A stretch of DNA of 64,000 nucleotides from Octopus sinensis (GCF_006345805.1 NC_043011.1:31322464-31386463), one strand, 5' to 3'; counted from the first letter of the stretch, positions 1 through 12,464 are shown. Notes: generated by a model from the letters alone, not told the origin. Made by a program: numbers and translations.

Positions 1-410
1 TAGGGGAGCACCAGTGGGGAAGGTTTGGGGTAAAGAGAAATGATGACAGGTAGGGTTGGTGGCAGGTTCTAGACAGAATGAAAAGTAGGAAGTAAAACGT
101 AGGATATCACGAGTGGGGGAGGGGGCTGGAAGGAGATAGCCGGTTGAGGCAGTGACACATTTCAAAACAGGATGAACATAAGATAACAGGTTAAGTGGGA
201 CGTTTGATGAGCTGCAGCGCTAGCTGCTTCTGTCCAGGGGGAGAGAGGCAGAGGTAAAATACATAGTGAGAAAGTATATTGAGGAGGAGGGGTAGGAGGA
301 ACAGACACACGTAGTGGTGGCGGTGGTAGAGGGAATATCCGGTGAGGATGGTGTAAACAGAGTGTTCTCCGGTATGGGTGGTGGGGGTGGGAGGGCGGGC
401 GAACCGCGAA

Positions 411-1069
411 CGAATGGCGGGCTGCGAAGATTTTGATTGGGGACAGTAGACTTAAAACAATCGGGGTTTGAAGAAATGAACAGAGTAACGAACAAATTAA
501 CTTGGTACCGAGGGGTTAAACAAATTAAAGGGTTATATTTTAAGAACAAGCAGAATTAGTGAATAGATTCGAACATTTAAGGGTTAGCGGCAAATGTATG
601 TGTGTAGTACAAGAGTCGGAAGAAATGAAATGAGAATTCTTAGCTTGCTTGCTATGATCATCGCTGTGTGGTCAAGAAAGGGTGAATGAAAGAGAAGCAC
701 ACGAGGTGATTATTTATATAGGTTCACCGGAAGTGGGTTGGAAAGACGGAAGTTTTGATTGAAAGTAATGGCGGAGGACGAACGAAATATCTTCATACCG
801 AGGCATTTTAAAAAGATTTAAGAATTTTGAGGAGGAAAGAACACGCAGGTTAGCGAATGGCGGGCTGCGAGATTTTGATTGGGGACAGTAGACTTAAAAC
901 AATCGGGGTTTGAAGAAATGAACAGAGTAACGAACAAATTAACTTGGTACCGAGGGGTTAAACAAATTAAAGGGTTATATTTTAAGAACAAGCAGAATTA
1001 GTGAATAGATTCGAACATTTAAGGGTTAGCGGCAAATGTATATGTGTAGTACAAGAGTCGGAAGAAATG

Positions 1070-1073
<4 letters not shown>
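411..1073. repeat. Near-perfect direct duplication of about 220 bp (411-631 and 854-1073) in an unclassified repeat, ending at (TA)n
   Basis: Both copies run cgaatggcgggctgcga...gtcggaagaaatgaaat with only a few differences. Confidence 0.85.
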
Positions 1074-1111
<38 letters not shown>

Positions 1112-1174
1112 TATATATAGTTACTTTTTTGGGGTTGGTTGTTTGTGCCTGTGTCTGTGTTTTTCAATGTATAG

Positions 1175-1215
1175 ACAATGCAACACAAACTTTAGAAAAA
1201 GTACAATTTATGAAG
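1175..1215 (+). CDS. MYCBPAP: Candidate upstream exon of MYCBPAP-like gene (xQCNTNFRKSTIYE-G)
   Basis: AG at 1173-1174 after a pyrimidine-rich stretch; G|GTATGT donor at 1216; 41 nt, open, ends in phase 1, matching the phase-1 start of exon 5669. Homology alone is weak. Confidence 0.5.
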
Positions 1216-2094
1216 GTATGTGCATGATTAACTAACATTTTTACAATGGGTAACGACCTAGAATTTCATAATTAAACATTAATATTCAGCACTCATGTTC
1301 TTTAAATATCCTCGAAATCATGCCAGATATACAGAATAACATACTTTCTCAAATTATGGCACTGTACCACCACTGGTGGATATGGCATTTGAGTGAAAAT
1401 TGTGGTGAATTACTTGTGGTACATGTGGCAGTTAATGTGTTAATATTTCTGTTCCTTGGTGGAGGCACGGGGCTTAGTGTTTAGGGTGTCGGACACATGA
1501 TTGTAAGATTGTGGTTTTGAATCCTGGACCAGGCAATGTGCTGTGTTCTTGAGCAATTCACATGGCTCCTGTTCACTCAGCCGGCAAAAATGAGTAATCC
1601 TGTGACAGACCAGTGTCCCATCTGGCTTGGTGGGGAATTTATACACCATAGAAAGTGGGAAACTGGCACTTATGAGTTGGGATGACTCGAGAAGATAACT
1701 TTACTTTTATCTTTACTTGTTTTCTGCTGACATGGCTTGGGGGCAGTTTGACAGGATCTGATGGGCTCAAGGATTGCATCCTGCTCCAGAGTCTACTTTG
1801 GCATGGTTTTTTTTACAGCTGGATATTTTTCCTAACTCATGTCACTTTACAGCATGTACTGGGTGCTTTTTCTCTGCTACTGGCACAAGTAAGGTCACCC
1901 TGCAGCTTGCAAGATTACAAAACCTGTTGGGATGGTATGGGATGTAATTAAACAGCAACATTAATGCTGCCTGCTTGCTTTAGGGCCATTTGTAAGAATG
2001 ATACCATTCCAAGTGACCCATTCTAAGCGACAGACTAATTGTCAAACTTTGTAAGGTAAATTACAAAAATATGATAATATAGTGATGATTGGTT

Positions 2095-2640
2095 TGTTTT
2101 AAGTTCTAGGTGACCCATAATAAGGTTTGCAATCACTGGGGCAGCTCAGGTTCCCATTGCAATTCCACATTCTTGTTGATAGTAAACTGTATTGAACATG
2201 AAATAGTTGTTCAGTAGGATGAATTTGAGTGCTGCGATTATGAATCTGTGGTTGATGTGTCCTGGGATCCCTTCTGGGTATTTTTCTAGCCAGAAGGTGA
2301 TTGCTTCTATACCATAATCATGTGGGACATTGGTGTACAGTATCGAATGATACTAGCAGGGTTCCTTTATTTATTGTCTTTGAGAGGTGGTTAGGCTGTC
2401 TAAGTCATCCCTGATGAAGCTTTTCACATATTTTAGAAACAGTTTGAGTAAGATGTCGAGGAAGTTGCTCAAAAGGTGGGTTTCACAAGCAGGGCCAGCA
2501 ATGATAGGTCTAAGTTGGAGGTCAGTAGGAGGAGGAACATTAATGCATAAGCTTGGAGAAACTTTGCAAGCTTTAAAAATATGTAGATTTTTGTGTATTT
2601 TAGCAACAATAAAGTGAGGATGATTTAATCTTTCAGTTAC
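2095..2640 (-). mobile_element. Penelope-like element reverse transcriptase remnant (frameshifted)
   Basis: KIHK...LRPIIAGPACETHLLSNFLDILLK...SFIRD, then YTNVPHDYGIEAI...LKFILLNNYFMFN..YYQQECGIAMGT*AAPVIANLIMG: PLE-type RT motifs. Confidence 0.88.
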
Positions 2641-3029
2641 TTTTGCCAATAATCAAAAATTTGGAAGGGTTATCATTAATCTACTGCTGTTGATCACTGT
2701 CATCATCATCATCATTATCTCACAGAGAAGTTGCCAAAAGATACAAACAACTTGCTAAATGATCTGCTACAATTAAAAACACATCTAACCCATGCAAGCA
2801 TAGAATTTTTTTCCTTCCTTTAGTTAGCATATTAGTTACATGGTCAGTTGCTGTTTATCTTTTCAGAACCCCTTCTACAAATTCATCAACTGTTCAAAGA
2901 ATTTACCTTAAAAATATATATATATATATCATCATCATATATATATATATATATGCGGAAGTTACTGCCGTGTGTGTATATGTACGTGTAGGTGCTTGTG
3001 CCTCTCCGAAAGAGAGAGGGATATATATA

Positions 3030-3330
3030 TCACCGTGATCACCGTGACCGACCAGGCTATCAGATGTTGCTACACATCGCTGGTCACAATGCGCTTCGCA
3101 TTATTTTAGCCTTTAAATGATGCCACCCCACTGGCTAAGCGAGCAGGCCAACAGAAGAAAGAATGAGAGAAAGTTATGGCGAAAGAGTACAGCAGGGATT
3201 GCCACCACCCCCTGCCGGAGCCCCGTGGAGCTTTAGGTGTTTTCGCTCAATAAACACTCACAACACCCGGTCTGGGAATTGAAACCGCAATCCTACAACC
3301 GCGAGTCCACTACCCTAACCACTGGGCCAT
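3030..3330 (-). mobile_element. tRNA-derived SINE family C (tRNA-Arg-like head), tail type a
   Basis: Minus strand tggcccagtggttaggg...gactcgc...gtttcaattcccagacc (A/B boxes); body shared with 3710, 21262, 27655, 40224 copies. Confidence 0.85.
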
Positions 3331-3497
3331 ATATATATATAGAGAGAGAGAGACCCATTTGTTTCTAGTTCAAGTTACATGGCAGTGGTTGGAAAACTGA
3401 GGAAGCTCTGAAATGTAACATAAAATGATATTCTGGGCACTTTATATTTGTATAACTGCAGACCAAGACGTCCAGTCAGATGCCTTCATGCTATATA

Positions 3498-3700
3498 TCT
3501 TTATATATAAAACTAAAGTTGTGTGTGTGTGTGTGTCTGTCTACTCCGATTTAGATTCCTAACTACTCCCACATTTTGCGGTGCAGTTTAACCAAAAGTG
3601 GGTATCTTATAGTCGTGATTCATATTGAGCCCTTCTGGTTATTAGCCCGCGTCTACGATGAGTCTACGATTTAAAAAAAAATTTACCATCATTTTTCCGC
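3498..3700 (+). mobile_element. Helitron-like non-autonomous element, 5' part
   Basis: Starts TCTTTATATATAAAA followed by (GT)n/gtctgtct, a typical Helitron 5' layout; truncated by SINE. Confidence 0.5.
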
Positions 3701-3709
3701 ATTAGAAGA

Positions 3710-3992
3710 GAAAGCAGGTCAACCCCCGACACCGAGAGCATCGACGGATGGATGAATGTGCATCCAGGCTCAGCAGTTGTGTAGGAAGTTGGGGGCAAGA
3801 AACAGGAAGAAAGAGTGAGAGAAAGTTGGGGCAAAAGAGTACAACAGGGGTCGCCACCACCCCCTGCCGGAGCCTCGTAGAGCTTTAGGTGTTTTCGCTC
3901 AATAAACACACAGAATGCCTGGTCTGGGAATCGAAACCGCAATCCTCCGACTGCGAGTCCGCTGCCCTAACCATTGGGCCATTGCACCTCCA
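3710..3992 (-). mobile_element. SINE family C, tail type b
   Basis: Full head ggaggtgcaatggcccaatggttagggcagcggactcgc...ggtttcgattccc on - strand. Confidence 0.85.
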
Positions 3993-4967
3993 CTGTTGTT
4001 GTTGCTGTTCAACTGCAGGTTAGTGGTTGGAAAGCAGACATTGATAGGGGAGGTAACTGGCACTAGATGCAGTTTTATGGCAAAAGGATTGGGAGACAGT
4101 ATTAAGTATGGAATTTGGAAAGTGAGTCTTGAGGAAACAAGATATATCAACTTCAATAAAAAAAAAAAAAGGAAAGAAAACGAACTTCCCTATATCTTAT
4201 TGAAATAAGATAATTAGATATTATTCCTCTGAGTCCTACTTCATTCATAAGACAAAGGAAGAGAATGTTAAATGATTAGTTCTCCAAACAGACAGGCAGT
4301 GTTTATTTTATAAGTATTGATAACATATCCTGTTTAGATAATGAGTAAGGTGTAGCTAAATGTTTTTGTCAGAAGTTGTTTTATGGTTCTGTATTTGTTG
4401 AAATGTCCTTTTTCCTAGAGCAAATTCAAAGAGACCCAGCTGATTTAGTAATGAATCGAGGAGATAGTCTTGGAAATAGGAAAACCCGTGAAACAGATTC
4501 AATAGAATGTAAGTAATATTATATTTAAATGAAAATTCCATTGTTTTCTTACTTACCATACATTATGGTTTAGAAAATATTTTCTGTTGCTTTATTTCAT
4601 GAATGTTGCGGAGAATTTTAAACTTTGTACATCTTTATCAATTTTGGAGTGAATAAATGAAGAATTAGTTCTTTTTACCATAAATTATAAATGATAACTA
4701 GTTTCCTGGTTGATATCCTTAAGTCGAAGAACCATTGTAATGAAAATCATCAAGAAGAATCTATGTTCTAAAGTTACTTCTGTTTTTTTTGTTCACATTT
4801 GTGTTGGAAAGGTTTGTGTGATAAGAAGTTTGCTTCTTATCACACAAACCTATCTGAGTTCAGTCCCACTGCATGATACCTTGGGCAAGTATCATTTATT
4901 ATAGCATTGGACTGTCCAAAACTTTGTGAGTGGATTTGGTAGACAGAAACTGAAGGAGCCTGTTGTA

Positions 4968-5030
<63 letters not shown>

Positions 5031-5668
5031 ATGTCTGTGTTTATCCCCCACCACAATTTGACAACTGGAATTGGTTTGTTTATGTTCCTGTAACTCAGCG
5101 GTTTGGCAAAAGAGGCTGTTAGAATAAGCACCAGACTTTAAGATATAAATACTGGGGTTGATTTGTTCCACTAAGAAACTCTTCAAGATGATGCCCCAGC
5201 ATTGTCAAAGTCTAATGACTGAAACAAGTAAAATATAAATGGTAAAAGATATCTATAGGAATTCAAGGTGGTTTTTTTTTTTAGTCAGAGAGGAATTGGT
5301 ATTTATTTTTCAAACAAATGCAACAAAAAGTATAATACATTTTGTTCACTGATTGAATTATTCAGTGCAAATCACAGACGTCAAACCTATGATCTGGGTG
5401 TTTTAAGAATATGAACTTATCTTTTCAAGAAAGATATAAAATTTCTATAGAAGAAAAATTGCTTCAGTGATGGAAAAAAAGTGTGTGTTAGGTCAATTTG
5501 GATGGTTTCTTGTACTAGCATGAGTTATTCTTGGAGGATAACTGTTGTAAGAAATATTGGTTTATGAAATGTAACAAAATGATGAAGTTGGCAAACTTAA
5601 AATAGCATAGAATGACTAAGGAATCAATCTTACAGATTTGTTGTATAATAATTGTTATTATTTTGCAG

Positions 5669-5732
5669 GTCATTCACCAGTTTCATTTTGGAAACAACAA
5701 AAAAGATTTGGCGATGCATTAAAGGGCATACA
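5669..5732 (+). CDS. MYCBPAP: MYCBP-associated protein exon (GHSPVSFWKQQKRFGDALKGIH)
   Basis: ttttgcAG acceptor, GTATGT donor; FWxxxxxxGD motif recalls MYCBPAP FWSRLEYLGD; phase-compatible with next exon. Confidence 0.8.
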
Positions 5733-7180
5733 GTATGTATTTTATAATTGTCACCACTTATACTTTGCATCTACTGTATTTATTCTTATATAAAAAAAAC
5801 ATTTTTGTTTGTCATGGAAATCCTGATCATGTGATATCCACACTGTTGACTTTACAGCAGATACACTTTCATTGTCAACAATGGTAAAGTTCATCATCAT
5901 ATAATGCCTGTTTCCCATGCTGGCATGGATTAGATGGTTTGACTGAAATCTGGTAAGTTGGGGAGCTGCACATGGTTCCGATCTGATCTGGCAAGGTTTC
6001 TACAGTTGGATGCTCTTCCTTATGCCAACCACTCCAAAAGTGTAGTAGGTGCTTTTTACTTGCCATCAGCATAGGTGCCATTGACCTGACACTGACATTG
6101 GCCACAACTATGGTCTCACAAACATGGTATATTGTCAAAGGTTTCAGCCACCTCTCACTGCCTCCGTGAGGTCCAATGCTTTTTATGGGTGTCAGTCAGA
6201 TGGCATTGGCATCCGCCATGACTATGATTTCACTTGGCTCAAGAGGTCTTCTCAAGCACAGCATGTCACCCAATGTTTGAAGGGTGCTTTTAACGTGTCA
6301 GTTACATGACCCTGGCATCAGCTACATTCAAGGTCACTTTTTAATTTGCTTTTTGTTTCATTTAGGATGTGTGAACTTTCTCAGTATATTTTATACAGCA
6401 ATTATAATAAACCTGTCTAAACAGTCCTTTTTCCATACTTTATAGTCCTAACCCTTTAGCATTCAGATTACTTGGACAAGTGCATCATCATCATCACCAC
6501 CACCACCACCACCAAAATTTTCTGGGCAGAAAATTTTGTGGCATTTGTAATTCTGAACTCTTCTATATCCTTTTCACTAAGGTTCCCCTAGTAAACACAC
6601 TCATAGAAAAATCGTACAAGTGTAAGCATTGGCAGAAGCACACTTTCCATTCATATAAATGATAAATAATATAGATAACCTCTTTAGTTTTAATAATTAG
6701 CTTCACGTCTACACCACTGCCATAGACAAATTCTTTCTTTCTACTCCGTTGCATGTTACATTACTACTAAATATCGTTGACGTAAGTTTATCTCTATCTC
6801 TCTACCTCTCCCCCCTCTCTCTCTCTCTCTATCACACACACAATCAAACATACAGACACAAATTTGTCACCTTACTACTAAATATATTTGACATTTGTCC
6901 CCCCCCCCCACACAATTACACATACACAAATGCAGTTATATACACACACTCATACACACACATAAACACTCGCACTCATTAACACAAGCAAACACCCGCA
7001 CATCCCCATATATACAGCATACATACTGTCCCCTAACTATTTTTAGTACTTCCTCCTTCCAACCAATTTTGACGTCATTGCTTATAACGGATTATTTTAA
7101 AAAATACACTCATTATCACTGTGGGCACCATGTAGGCAGTCATCAAAAAGTTTTTGTTCGTCTTGAGGCTGAAAGAGGCT

Positions 7181-7275
7181 CCTTATCTTTCCTGATGAGA
7201 AGATGGCATAATGCAACCTTTATTCTTTCAGAATTAAGAGTATGCTGTCTTCGAAACATGTGTCGAGAGTAAAGG
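7181..7275 (+). ncRNA. Type I hammerhead ribozyme motif, canonical core
   Basis: Stem I CTTTC(7187-91)/GAGAG(7265-69); CTGATGA 7192-98; 12-bp stem II GAAGATGGCATA/TATGCTGTCTTC; GAAA 7253-56; short near-palindromic stem III ACATGTGT; GUC site, cleavage predicted after 7264. Confidence 0.88.
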
Positions 7276-7466
7276 AATTTTGTTAATATCTTCGTTCGAC
7301 TCCATTCTTTCATTTATTCATATAAAAAAAAACACAAATTTCCACACAAGAACCCGCCTGGAGTTTCTACCCTTGACATGTAGCTTCAACCGTGTTTTCT
7401 AATGTGAATTTGCTACCCAGGTATTGGTTAACCGAATTTTCCATGCTAGGATAATTCATTCAACTA

Positions 7467-7503
<37 letters not shown>

Positions 7504-7590
7504 AGAATTCACAAAAAAAACAAAAGATGAAGACAGGTGGTGTACAAAACAAACAGATGTATTAGTATAATGCTCAGGAATTGAAAAAAT

Positions 7591-7628
7591 TCTTTTACAT
7601 TTCGAGCCTATGCTCTTCTACAGAAAGG
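7591..7628 (-). ncRNA. Hammerhead-like motif with variant core CUGUAGA
   Basis: Minus: CCTTT-CTGTAGA-A-GAGC-ATAG-GCTC-GAAA-TG-TA-AAAGA, in a ~190-bp element (7501-7692) between (TA)n tracts. Confidence 0.55.
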
Positions 7629-7991
7629 GACGCAGACAAAAACAAGGAGAGAAAAAAATGTGTGTAGTGGCTAACGATCTATCATGGTGAATGATATATA
7701 TATATATATGTATGTGTGTGTATATGTTTGTTTGTCTGTGTTTGTCCCCTCCCGCCAACATCGCTTGACAACCGATGCTGTTGTGTTTATGTCCCCGTTA
7801 CTTAGCTGTTTGGCAAAAGAGACCGATAGAATAAGTACTAGGCTTACAAAGAATAAGTCCTGAGGTCGATTTGCTTGACTAAAGGTGGTGCTCCAGCATG
7901 GCCACAGTCACATGACTGAAACAAGTAAAACAGTAAAGAGTATAGTCACATTGCACTGAGTAGCTCATCAAAGAACAGTTGTATGTATGTA

Positions 7992-8037
<46 letters not shown>

Positions 8038-8418
8038 CATATATACATATGCATGCGCATGCAACCCACCCCCAATGCTGTATATTAACTGATATTTATC
8101 AAACTTGAGTAGAGAAATACTCTTCAACATCATTTAAACCAACAATATCTAACCCAAATATTCTACCTATTTTACGTTCAACTTGGCCAGATCTGATCTC
8201 TCATGCCTACCTGACAATGTCATTTGAAAAATTAACAACTCCTTCATCAAAATCTTGAAGCTATGAGGTAATACATAATTAATTCAAAACAATGTAGATA
8301 AGTAAGCATTAAAATTTGGGAGAGGAAAGTTAAGGAAAAAAATGACAGGTGAGAAATCAAAGGGAGACAGCAGAGGTTTGCATAGGTGTTCCATATTTAT
8401 CTTTATATTGTGTGTTTG

Positions 8419-8419
<1 letters not shown>

Positions 8420-8452
<33 letters not shown>

Positions 8453-8893
8453 TTAATGTCCGCTTTCCATGCTGACATGGGTTGGACGATTTGACTGAGG
8501 ACTGGCAGACCAGATGGCTCTACCAGCCTCCAATCTGATCTGGCAGAGTTTCTACAGCTGGATGCCCTTCCTAATGCCAACCACTCCGAGAGTGAAGTGG
8601 GTGCTTTTACGTGCCACTGGCATGAGGGCCAGTCAGGCGGTACTGGCAACGGCCATGCTCAAATGGTGTTTTTTACATGCCACCTGCACAGGAGCCAGTC
8701 CAGCGGCACTGGCAATGACCTCGCTCGAATGTTTTTTCACGTGCCAGTAAGGAGACACTGGTAACGATCACGATTGAATGGTGCTTTTTACGTGCCACCA
8801 GCACAGAAGCCAGTTAGCTGCTCTGGCAACGATCATATTCGGATGGTGCTCTTAGCACTCCACTAGCACGGATACCAGTCATCGAATTTGATT
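8420..8893 (-). mobile_element. RTE-LINE 3' tail / RTE-tail SINE with internal ~55-60 bp tandem units
   Basis: (CAT)n plus ctttccatgct..catgggttggac end, same as the tail of RTE copies at 17563 and 54019; similar copies near 5895, 30900, 38610, 40735, 58045, 60808, 63175. Confidence 0.8.
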
Positions 8894-9684
8894 TGTGTAT
8901 GTGTTTTTCATGTGTGAATGGTGCTTTAAAGTGAAAGTTGGATATGCGAATGCACTATAATGCCTTGACATGTGTTATACTGAAACTAACCATCATGAAG
9001 ATCTATCACTAGTTTTAATGATAAAAAGTGAAATTTTGGTGTTGATTTTAATGGAAACTATAAAATTAATGGAAGTTTTGATTTTACTTGTTGACTTATC
9101 AATTTAAACTTCAAAATAAAGATGGAAATTCTTGTTTGAGTTTTTTTTATCAATTTTTTTTTTGAGAAATATTAAATGGATAAAAGTGAGATGTTTACAT
9201 AAACTAAAATTAGGAAAATGGAAAGAAACTAAAAACAAAATTTAGAATCTGAAATTGAAATGTAAACTCTTATAAATTTGCTTAAGAGAAAAAAAAAAAT
9301 CCCTGAAATCTGCATTCAAGCAGATAATTTTATTTATCAATTTAAAAAAAATTTTTTTCTGAATTTCAATTTTAGTTTGAATTTAAACTTGAGACTTTTT
9401 TCCTACTCTGATTTCAGTTTATCAAAAACTTTATATTTTTACAAATTTGAAATTTATAGTTGCAAATATGGCTGTGTGGTGAAGAAGTACACTTTTGAAC
9501 TTTTGGTTTTGGGTTCAATCCCACCGTGTGGCACCTCAGGCAGTTGGGCCGATTAATGCTTTGTAAATGAATTTGGTAGACAGAAACTGGGCGGAAACAC
9601 ATCACATCACATCTCCCCCCCCTCTCTATCTATCGTCTGTCTGTCCGTGTACCCACCTACCTCTCTCTCTCTCAACATACATGC

Positions 9685-9717
<33 letters not shown>

Positions 9718-9982
9718 TGCATACATATATGGACATATGCACTCTGTAAAGTTATTGGCACTAGGAAGGGTATTCTGCTGTAGAAACCATGCCAACACAG
9801 ACATTGGAGCTTGGCACAGTCCACTAGCTCATTGGCTCTTGAAACACCATCCAATACCCATGTCAATATGGGAAGCAGACATTAAATGTTGATGAAGTGA
9901 GGATGATGTGTGTGTATGTATCATTTTGTCGGTTTTTGCCGTCCCTCCTCCCACATCACTGTTTGACAACTGCTGCTGGTTT

Positions 9983-10408
9983 TACAGTTCTGTATTTAAG
10001 AGATGAGGAATTATGTACATTATTTACATTTGATGGATATTTGTCCTCATCTTGTTTGTTGTTAACACGTTTCAGTTGATATACCCTCCAACCTTCATCA
10101 GGTGTCTTGGGGAAATTTCAAACCTGGGTTCTCATTCATAAGGTTATTTTTCAATGTTATTATCATCATCATCATCATCATCATCATTATTATTATTATA
10201 ATCTTGGGATTAGTAGCCTGCGGCGCAGACTACTAACCCCAAGATTCCGAGTTCGATCATCGAAAAATACCTTATGAATGAGAACCCAGGTTTGAAATTT
10301 CCCCAAGACACCTGAAGAAGGTTGGAGGGTATATCAGCTGAAACATTGTGTTAACAACAAACAAGATGAGGACAAATATCCGTCAAATGTAAATAATGTA
10401 AATAATGT
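9983..10408. mobile_element. Head-to-head fold-back of a tRNA-headed, hammerhead-bearing short element
   Basis: Arms 9983-10222 and 10223-10408 are reverse complements apart from a microsatellite and indels; each has ACAC-CTGAnGA-A-GGTTG..CA(A/G)CT-GAAAC..GTGT (10065-10105 -, 10308-10351 +); tRNA-like gcagactactaaccccaagattccgagttcgat at the centre. Confidence 0.8.
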
Positions 10409-10824
10409 GGTGTTGGTTTGTTTACGTCTTTATAACTTAGTGGTTCTGCAAAAATAAATACTGAGGCTGATTTGTTCAAATGAACCCATAAGGCAGTGCT
10501 CCAGTATGGCTGTTGTCCAATAGTTGAAACAAATGAAAAGAATAGAGAAAGTAAGAGAATAAAGAATACTCGTTAATCTTGTCAGAAACAAAATAGTCTC
10601 TCTAAAACTGGTGCCATGATAAAACATATTCAATATACTTTGTGCAGTGGTTGGTGAATATAGGCAATGCAGGATACAGAGGATCTTTTAGTCTTGCTGG
10701 AAACAACACAACCTCTCTAGTACTTTTAAATCTTTAGAACTTTAAAACTTCATAACTCTGAAACTTTTGAATGTTTTGAGATTCTTTCAGAATTTTCGAG
10801 ATTGTGTGAATTGCTCTCTCTCTC

Positions 10825-11235
10825 TTTCTCTCTTTTTACTTGTATCAGTCATTTGACTGCGGCCATGCTGGAACACCGCCTTTAGTCGAGCACTTATAAG
10901 TCGAGCACTTGTAAGCCTAGTACTTATTCTATTGGTTCTCTTTTGCTGAACTGCTAAGTTACAGGGACGTAAACACACCGGCATCGGTTGTCAAGCGATG
11001 TTGGAGGGATAAACACAGACACACAAACATACACACACACACGCATATATATATATACATACATATATACAATGGGCTTCTTTCAGCTCCCGTCTACCAA
11101 ATCCACTCACAAGGCTTTGGTCGGCCCGAGGCTATAGTTGAAGACACTTGCCCAAGGTGCCATACAGTGGGACTGAACTCAGAACCATGTGGTTTGTAAG
11201 CAAGCTACGAACCACACAGCCATTCCTACGCCTAT
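10825..11235 (-). mobile_element. tRNA-derived SINE family A (CORE-like block, internal TG/TA microsatellite)
   Basis: Head ggaRtggctgtgtggt..gcttgctt..ggttc.gagttcagtccc, caccttgggcaagtgtctt block, tail ggcggtgYtccagcatggccgcagtcaaatgactga; roughly 20 copies in window. Confidence 0.85.
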
Positions 11236-12028
11236 ATAATTTTGAATTCTTTTTATATATTTCTGTATATATAAGCGCAGGAGTGGCTGTGTGGTAAGTA
11301 GTTTGTTTACCAACCACATGGTTCCAAGTTCAGTCCCACTGTGTGGAACCTTGGGCAAGAGTCTCCTACTATAGCCTCATGCTGACCAAAGCCTTTTGAG
11401 TGGATTTGGTAGATGGAAACTGAAAGAAGCCTGTCGTATATGTCTAAACATATAAATTTGACATGGGAAATTCTTTCTTGTCTTGCGATTCATGGTCAAA
11501 TGGCTGGGTGGAATTGCGCAAAAAATTACACAGATATATGTAGAATGATTCAGTGGTGATGCTGGGCTTTGTATTTTTTTGATAGCTCCCATGGTTACCA
11601 AGATAATCTACTATAATAATACTAATACTCTTGTGTTTATGAATGAGAAAGGGGTGATGTCATACTTGGTAGTGGGATGATGAAAATTGTATGCTGAAAA
11701 AAATAAATCAAACAATGTTTGAACTCTGTGTGAATATATATGTGTGTATGTAAAAGCGGGTATCTAATATGTATGTGTGTGTGTGTGTGTGCATGCATGC
11801 ATGTGTGGGTGTGCATGTTTATGTGTGTGCGTGTGCATGCGCAATGGCAGTGGGATGGTTCATTATTGTTCGCTTAGTATTTGGGTTTATTTTTTGATTT
11901 GGTTGAATCTTGGTTGGTTATTTTTTTTATTGGTCAGTTATTTTTAGTGTTTTGACAGAAAAAAATCATTCTAAAATTGTTTCTTAACATAAGCGTGCCC
12001 AAACAAGTTGAAGGCTTACACAGAGCAG

Positions 12029-12085
<57 letters not shown>

Positions 12086-12348
12086 CTGTATATGTTTGTG
12101 TTTCTGTGTTTGCCCCCACCAACATCGGTTCCCCCTACCATCGCTCGACAACCGATGTTGGTGTGTAACTTAGCAGTTCGGTAAAAGAGACTGATAGAAT
12201 AAGTACTAGGCTTACAAAGAATAAGTACTGGGATCGATTTTTTTACTAAAGGCAGTGCTCCAGCATGGCCACAGTCAAAAGACTGAAACAAATGAAAGAA
12301 TGAAAGAATATGTGAATATTCATTTTAAAGATTATGTTTTATTTTTAG

Positions 12349-12428
12349 TTCAACCCTTGCTCTGAGTCAAACATGCCATGCAGTGTATGAACAAGTTGGG
12401 ATTTCTGAAATGATTCTAAATGAAAAAG
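12349..12428 (+). CDS. MYCBPAP: MYCBPAP exon (STLALSQTCHAVYEQVGISEMILNEKG)
   Basis: tttttAG acceptor, GTATGT donor, 80 nt (1+78+1) fits phases of both neighbours. Confidence 0.75.
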
Positions 12429-12464
12429 GTATGTATATAAACCTCTGTGCTTATAGAGCTTATA

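Noticed and set aside
3900-3992. Genuine tRNA genes
   Set aside because: tRNA-like segments are SINE heads fused to repeat bodies, without a complete cloverleaf or terminator.
6563-6754. Possible Penelope GIY-YIG endonuclease fragment (KTKEVIYII)
   Set aside because: No YIG/YVG motif visible and orientation is opposite to the adjacent ribozyme; too weak to call.
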